Shown here one piece after another: positions 58,601 to 64,000 of a stretch of DNA of 64,000 nucleotides. Numbering within the stretch: the first letter of the stretch is position 1; every line of letters starts with the position of its first letter. The notes under the pieces were generated by a model that saw nothing but the letters and a program-made list of their open reading frames with translations, was not told the DNA's origin and searched no databases. Both the position numbers and the translations under genes were made by a program. Origin of the DNA: Entomortierella parvispora E1425 (Eukaryota; Fungi; Mortierellomycota); assembly GCA_020891255.1 (NCBI GenBank), contig BQFW01000007.1:2542001-2606000 (forward strand), in the 5' to 3' direction.

Positions 58601-59417
58601 TCCCTCATCCTCGCCTTTGTCTTGGAGCCCAAGCGCCTCACTCCCGGTCAAGCTAGAAGAAGTAGAATCGAATACAGGAACGGGATCGCAACCCTCAGTA
58701 TCAGCGCCTGCGCCGTTGCAGCACAAGGCGCCTATTTCTCAAGAGGAGCAAGAAGAGCGCTACCACCATCCCTGTCAGTGGCGAGGCTGCTCCGCTGTTT
58801 TGTCACTATTTGAAGAACTAACAAGTCATATGAGCGAGGAACATATCGGGATGGGCAAGAGCGAGTACATTTGCGAATGGAACGGCTGTGATCGCCAAGG
58901 ACGAGGATTTGGCCAACGCCAAAAGGCCATGCGACATATCCAAACCCATACAGGCGACAAACCCTTTCAATGTTCTGTTTGCCAGAAGCGTTTCTCGGAG
59001 GCCAACATCATGCAGCAACATATGAGGACGCACACGGGCGAGAAGCCATTCAAGTGTTTAGAGCCTGGTTGTGGTCGTCAATTCTCGATTTCTGGCGCCT
59101 TGACGATTCATCGGCGGGTACACTCCGGTGAGAAGCCATTCAAGTGTCGGTACGAGGGCTGTGACAAGTGGTTTGCAGAGAGTTCAAATCTGACCAAGCA
59201 TCTGAGAGTCCATACGGGCGAACGGCCCTTCCAGTGTTCATTCGTGGGATGCGACAAAAAGTTTTCCAGGCCGGATCAGGTCGTACGGCACAAAAAGACA
59301 CATCCGGCGGGGGATGTCGATCTAGACGAGTTTTCGATTGGCTTGCTGGGAGCTCAGCAATCGGAAAGGAACAAGACGGTGAAAAAAGGGAGATGGATGG
59401 AAGAAGAAGACGAATAA
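55663..59417 (+). CDS. ZAP1: Zap1/ZafA-like zinc-responsive C2H2 transcription factor with Cys-rich N-terminal exon (2 exons, 996 aa)
   Basis: Exons 55663-56633 and 57398-59417 total 2991 nt in frame (GG|GTGAGT, CTGAC branch, CATAG|C). Two tandem CWCH2-type fingers, polyQ/P linker, then six fingers with Zap1 hallmarks GKSEY, QRQKAMRH and ESSNLTKH. Confidence 0.85.
58070..58325 (+). repeat. PolyQ/QP/QH coding minisatellite
   Basis: Imperfect 12-nt units (CAGCAGCCCCAA / CAACAGCATCAA) encoding QQQP and QQQH. Confidence 0.9.
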
Positions 59418-59779
59418 AATCGATTCATCGCTCAAATGCTCAGGTACCTCAAGCGTTGCGGTGTATTTGAAGATACAATAGACCTTTCTCCAGTGCTTTT
59501 CAGTCTTTTTTTTTTTTTACAAGTTTTATTTTACATCTCCCAAAGTTGTTTGCATTTTTTTGAAGACGAGATCCATAGACCAAAAAGTGATCAGCCATTC
59601 CTGAGTTTCGAGAGATGACTACTCTGACCTGTTGCCTCTCATTGTCGACCTTAGAGATGAATAAGAAAAGGCAGCTTGCTGATTTTCCGTCCATTTTTAG
59701 ACAATTTTCCACAGTCTGGTGAAGTCCAACAATCGGGCTATGAACCCGAGCTTTACGTCTCTTAGGTCATGAGCCTGCT

Positions 59780-60600
59780 GCTGGCACAACCTCCTTCCAC
59801 ACTCAACTTCCATGAGGTGCCCAACTTCCGCGCTTGGAAGGCATGTCGTTGAAACAGCTCTTGGGTTGCCTCGGAACCGAAAGGGTGTCTTCCCCTATAC
59901 CCCCCAGTCAACAGTCTCGAAAAGCAACGGCAAACAGAGATACTTCCGGCTCTGCTAACACTTGTGACATGACGCTTGCGACGACGTGAGTGACAGATTT
60001 CCAGCCATGGCGGCGGCGGTTGATGACTACAAGAAGTCATTGCTTTCTGCGTAGGAAAGACGACTGTAGGATTGTTTCGAACCAAGCCCTCCACAACACC
60101 CACTGCCTGATCGGCGATGTCAAATGTAGGCTGTTGAAGACACTCGGGTTTAAACTCTCTCGAGTTGTGTACTAGTTGCTGAATCAACCTTCGGCCGCGC
60201 TAGAGTCCGAGGGGGGGGGGGGGGAAGGGGGGAAGGCGAAGGACCGCGTTCGGGTGGCGAATCGCTCAAACAGCTCTTGGGTTGCCTTGGAACCGAAAGA
60301 ACTTTTTCCCCGTACCCCAAGGCAACCTAGAAGAGTGACGGCGAATAAAGAATGCGGACGGCTCTGCTCACGCCTGTCAACGACGCGAAGGACGAGGTTG
60401 CGCAACAATTCTCCGATCATGGCGGCTATCTCGGGTGACAACGGGCCAGCCCTTGTGGAGCAGGAACGACTTCAGGTTGCCGTGCGTCTATGAGAAAAGA
60501 GGAGAGCTCTGACAGCTTCGGATTCCGATCATGGAAATGGCGAACAACGATGGATCGATGGTTCCAACAGCGCGTCTCCTGCGCGATTTCAGTTGACTGG
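59780..60600 (-). pseudogene. Frameshifted remnant with an internal ~165-bp duplication, probably a decayed F-box/LRR gene
   Basis: Two diverged copies 416 bp apart encode SFGSKATQELFERF and PFGSEATQELFQRH; the reading frames are broken by stops and shifts. Confidence 0.45.
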
Positions 60601-61895
60601 ATGGACTCTATCGTCTGACCGATATCGAAGGAGTCACGGGTAATGACAGCGCCCAGGGCAAGACCGGTTCATGAACCACGGTCGAGAATAGCCGAGACTG
60701 ATAGAAGTTGAACAGGGCTGGGCATGCTGAAGATGGACCGGAGATCCATCATGATTGAAATAAATACTAGATGAAGCGATAGACCCAGAGATGTCGCAAG
60801 CCGAGACTAGAACTCCGTTCTCATCGGAGAGCTCTGCAGCCGGAGGGAATACTGGAGGATCGGATGAAAAGAAGAATGAAAAAAGTTCGACTGGGTCAGC
60901 AACAAAATGGAGCCGATACGAAGCTGTAGAGAAGAAGGGGTGACCGATGGCCGCTGATCCATCGGCTCGCAGCTATTAGGTGGGGGACAACATACTATTG
61001 GCTATGGGCTATGGCTCGCATTCCAAGAGCATCCAATGTCATGGTGAAGTATTGGCGTTGACATGGAGTTCGGCATTTGTCGTTGTCGTAGTCCCTGTAC
61101 TCTCTATCCTCTGGCCAAGTTGCTCCATTATGGGATCTTTTGGTTCTGAAAACTGACCAGAGCCTGATTAACGAACGAAATGTTGGCCATCAAACCCTCA
61201 AGAGTTGGATCTTGTACAAACAGCATCATCTTTTTGGCTATTTTCTACAGTGGAATCGAGGAGTTAATCAAATTGCCAGCTTTGTGTGAGAGACTTACAG
61301 GGGTTGATGAGAGCTCTGAGGAGGTCGCCATTGCCTCTTGGAGTACTCATATCGCTCTTCATATTTAAATTAAAAGTTCACTCTTTGGAGTTGTAGACAG
61401 ACCAATAAGAGAGTCAATGATAGGAGGGATTTATTTGCTATTACTTGTGATGCCTGTTTTTCTCGGGCAACTGGAGCTTGAAGCGCCTTGGCTAGTTTCC
61501 ATGATGTTGCTGGTTTTGAGTGCCAGAGTATGCAGCCGGTGGGGCAGCCCAAAACAAGGTACGCAGCGCCTCAATATCTAGAGGGCATTAAGAGTGAGAG
61601 CAATAACAGCGGCCAGCGGGGAGGTCGAAAGAGTTGAAGGTTGTCGCGTGCTCGCCTGGAATCAATTTTTCTTCTTTAGATTTCTGATGTCAATTGATCT
61701 TGTCCACATCTCCGCACACCCTGAGGAGCCGAGGCACAAGAGGGACAGAGATTGAGTATAGGCACTACTTGCACGACAACGATAGAAATCTTGTTGACTC
61801 TCTACACCAATTATGGTCAGCGGGGGATTGCACATCGACACTAGAAGGAGAACGATATCACGGTCAAAGTAAAGGTGGAATGCTGTGTCCAGCTG

Positions 61896-61926
<31 letters not shown>

Positions 61927-62638
61927 ATCTCAAGAGAATGGAGATTGATTTTCTTCCTGGGGAAAGATTTGGTTGAGAACTGCTGTGCAAACGTGGGTAG
62001 GGTATATAAAAAAACAATAAATCCTGACTCCAAGTTGGGGCAGCAACCATCCGCGCGTGGCAGACACTTCAACAAAATGGGCACCAACAGCTTTGAGAAA
62101 AACTTTCCGCAATTGGTTGCTTCCAGAAATCTCTAAGAGAGGACATGTAATGTCCAAGATGCTAGCGCAAGGCGCTTGACTCTTATCCACCCTTTCTGAA
62201 GATTCAGTTCGCAGCTCTACTTCTCTGAAAAACTAGATGGAAAACACCGCTGTGAGAGATGACTGGCCGCGGGGCTCCTACTGGTAGCTTCAGAGGTCTT
62301 TGACAGGGAACAGACAATAGCATTGCCCATGATTCGTTTTTCTTGGCACAGTAGATTGCATTCCATTTGATAACGAGCAGCACACAGAACCTCAAGCCTG
62401 CCATTATTTGAAAGAGTATGACAGGGGGGCATTCACCTTTACACCCTTCTTCGAGTCTGGAGGACTCATCGAGGTAAAGATATTCATCTCGAGCAACCGT
62501 CACCTGACACCGTGAGAGAGATTTTTTTTTTTTTTTTTTTTTTTTACTCGAAAAAGTGCTATGTACAGATGTCTGAAGTCTGAAGGGATGATAGTATCCT
62601 TCAGTTATTGTGTGAAGCGTTGCCGCCTTTTTGCTGGT

Positions 62639-62812
62639 TTACAGGACAGTATGACGAACATGGTGGCGGATCATGGGATCGGTTCTGAGCTTGTGGAACG
62701 CTGTGAAGAGACCGAAACTGATGCCGACGGAGACACAGGTGAGGAGTGGCACGACATCGGTTGGAGGCTTCATGCCTCTCGAGGCCTGCTGGAGAAGACG
62801 AGCAGTATGCAT
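62639..62812 (-). CDS. B12D/NDUFA4-like single-pass mitochondrial microprotein (57 aa)
   Basis: MHTARLLQQASRGMKPPTDVVPLLTCVSVGISFGLFTAFHKLRTDPMIRHH: the P-x-x-x-PL + TM + L-x-x-D-P-x-[IV]-R pattern of the B12D/NDUFA4 family. Confidence 0.55.
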   Translation of the reverse strand: MHTARLLQQASRGMKPPTDVVPLLTCVSVGISFGLFTAFHKLRTDPMIRHHVRHTVL

Positions 62813-63367
62813 GTTGACGGGGTGTGTGGTTGATAAAGTAAAAGGTTCTTTTTGGATGTGAGAGAGAATCCGAAGAGGTTTGCGTGAAGTGTGTGAAGAA
62901 AGCGAAGAAAAAAAAGTAAAAGACCTATTTATTATGGAAATCACGGGAAGAGTTGAGTGGGGTGGCTCGAATCGCGCCATTGGCTTGGATATGGAACAGA
63001 GTCGCGCTCTGTCAATGGCTGCCGTTGCATGTCTGGAGAGTCCCTGTCACCAGCACACACACAGGTCATGATCCAGGCTTGATTTTTAGTACTTGTATAT
63101 ACAACAAAAGGTCCAATGAAAAAATATGACGTTGGAATAACATAGGCATGGCAAAGGGATGCACCAACGTAGGAAGGGAAGGCAGAGGGGCTAGAGGAGG
63201 AAGGAACTTTGTACTGACAAGATGGGCAGCAAAGCTGTAGTCCACGCGCGTGTCCGTGCGACCGATCTTGTTCCGATGTGCACTGCCCTCTTTTTGCTTG
63301 TCTCTGGTTCACTGATTCACACTGCCATCTTTTACATCCCATTCATCCCATTCATTAGAGAACAGAC

Positions 63368-64000
63368 ATGGCTCCCATTGCATCCATCGAGTCTATCCTC
63401 GATATCGCTCCCATTCGCCATCGCATCAGCGTCCACCTTCGCCAACACGATCATGCCCAAGCCGTACGCGTCAACCGATCCTGGAACCGGGCTCTTCTTC
63501 CCCACCTTTGGTCGCTATTGAAAGGTTTCCATCTTCACTCGTTTCAGTCCCCAGAGATCCGAGCTGCCCTCTTGAGAAATGGATGCCACATCCGCGTCCT
63601 TCGTACCAACACACACGAGTTCTTGACCTACCTCGGACCTGCCTGCACCAATTTAGTCACATTTGACTTTTCAGGGTCCTTTCCACTTGAAGCACGCGAG
63701 GACCGGTCTGCCAGCGACTTGCCCTTATGGTCCCAGGTGGAAGGTCAGGCACAGGAGTACTCTCAAGGACATGGACATGGACATGGGCATGAAGAACAAG
63801 GAGAACAGGGAGGACAAGGACAGGATCCATCATCTATTTCAATTCCTTACCATGAGCGAGCCCTCGAGCTGATGGGCCGCTTCCTACTTCAGAACCAAAA
63901 CTTGACCACGCTCAGCTTTCGACGCTGTGTCGATTCAAGGCGGTACCTGGACCGACTTTTAACAGACTATCGGATCCTGGAACAACTACCAAGGCTCAAG
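63368..64000 (+). CDS. F-box/LRR-like protein, 5' part (runs off the window; absent from the ORF track)
   Basis: Open frame from ATG 63368 to the edge: MAPIASIESILDIAPIRHRISVHLRQHDHAQAVRVNRSWNRALLPHLW...RNGCHIRVL...LLQNQNLTTLSF...ILEQLPRLK. Confidence 0.8.
   Translation, partial: MAPIASIESILDIAPIRHRISVHLRQHDHAQAVRVNRSWNRALLPHLWSLLKGFHLHSFQSPEIRAALLRNGCHIRVLRTNTHEFLTYLGPACTNLVTFDFSGSFPLEAREDRSASDLPLWSQVEGQAQEYSQGHGHGHGHEEQGEQGGQGQDPSSISIPYHERALELMGRFLLQNQNLTTLSFRRCVDSRRYLDRLLTDYRILEQLPRLK

Noticed and set aside
1-64000. tRNA/rRNA genes, CRISPR arrays, transposases, U12-type introns and a functional tRNA/translation gene cluster (TRZ1, eRF3, TrpRS, PABPN1)
   Set aside because: No T-loop/cloverleaf, spacer array, DDE/RT motif or sense-strand (G/A)TATCCTT donor was seen by eye. 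The translation-related genes are interspersed with unrelated housekeeping genes, as expected by chance.

Overview
A gene-dense eukaryotic window with GT-AG introns mostly 70-130 nt long, poly(T) tracts and polyQ microsatellites. It most likely comes from an early-diverging fungus of the Mortierellaceae, inferred from the F-box/LRR family type, the SAMHD1-like gene and the intron style. About 21 protein genes can be modelled by hand: PABPN1/SGN1, SFT2, tRNase Z (TRZ1), a BAHD acyltransferase-like gene, a CofD/YvcK (UPF0052) gene, two F-box genes (one missing from the ORF track), an intronless PLD-superfamily gene, a Uds1-domain coiled-coil gene, a 6PF2K/FBPase-2, LTA4 hydrolase, a Ser/Arg-rich SxIP-like protein, a SAMHD1-like HD dNTPase, eRF3, an SLC35F transporter, a bacterial-type GH36, MCM2, Med9, mitochondrial TrpRS, a Zap1/ZafA-like factor and a B12D/NDUFA4-like microprotein. 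There is also a partial unknown gene at the left edge and two decayed F-box/LRR remnants. No tRNA, rRNA, CRISPR array or recognisable transposase was found. The strongest leads are: (1) a 99-codon, ATG-less, acid-free in-frame 5' extension of tRNase Z that looks like a non-AUG mitochondrial presequence; (2) a Zap1 orthologue whose hidden first exon encodes a 26-Cys domain, separated by a 764-nt intron; (3) an oversized, hairpin-rich intron with a repeated GACAGGG motif in the YvcK/CofD gene; (4) a BAHD protein lacking its catalytic His; (5) two candidate horizontally acquired enzymes (GH36 and PLD). Gene models were spliced by eye and family assignments come from motif recognition; no database search was run.
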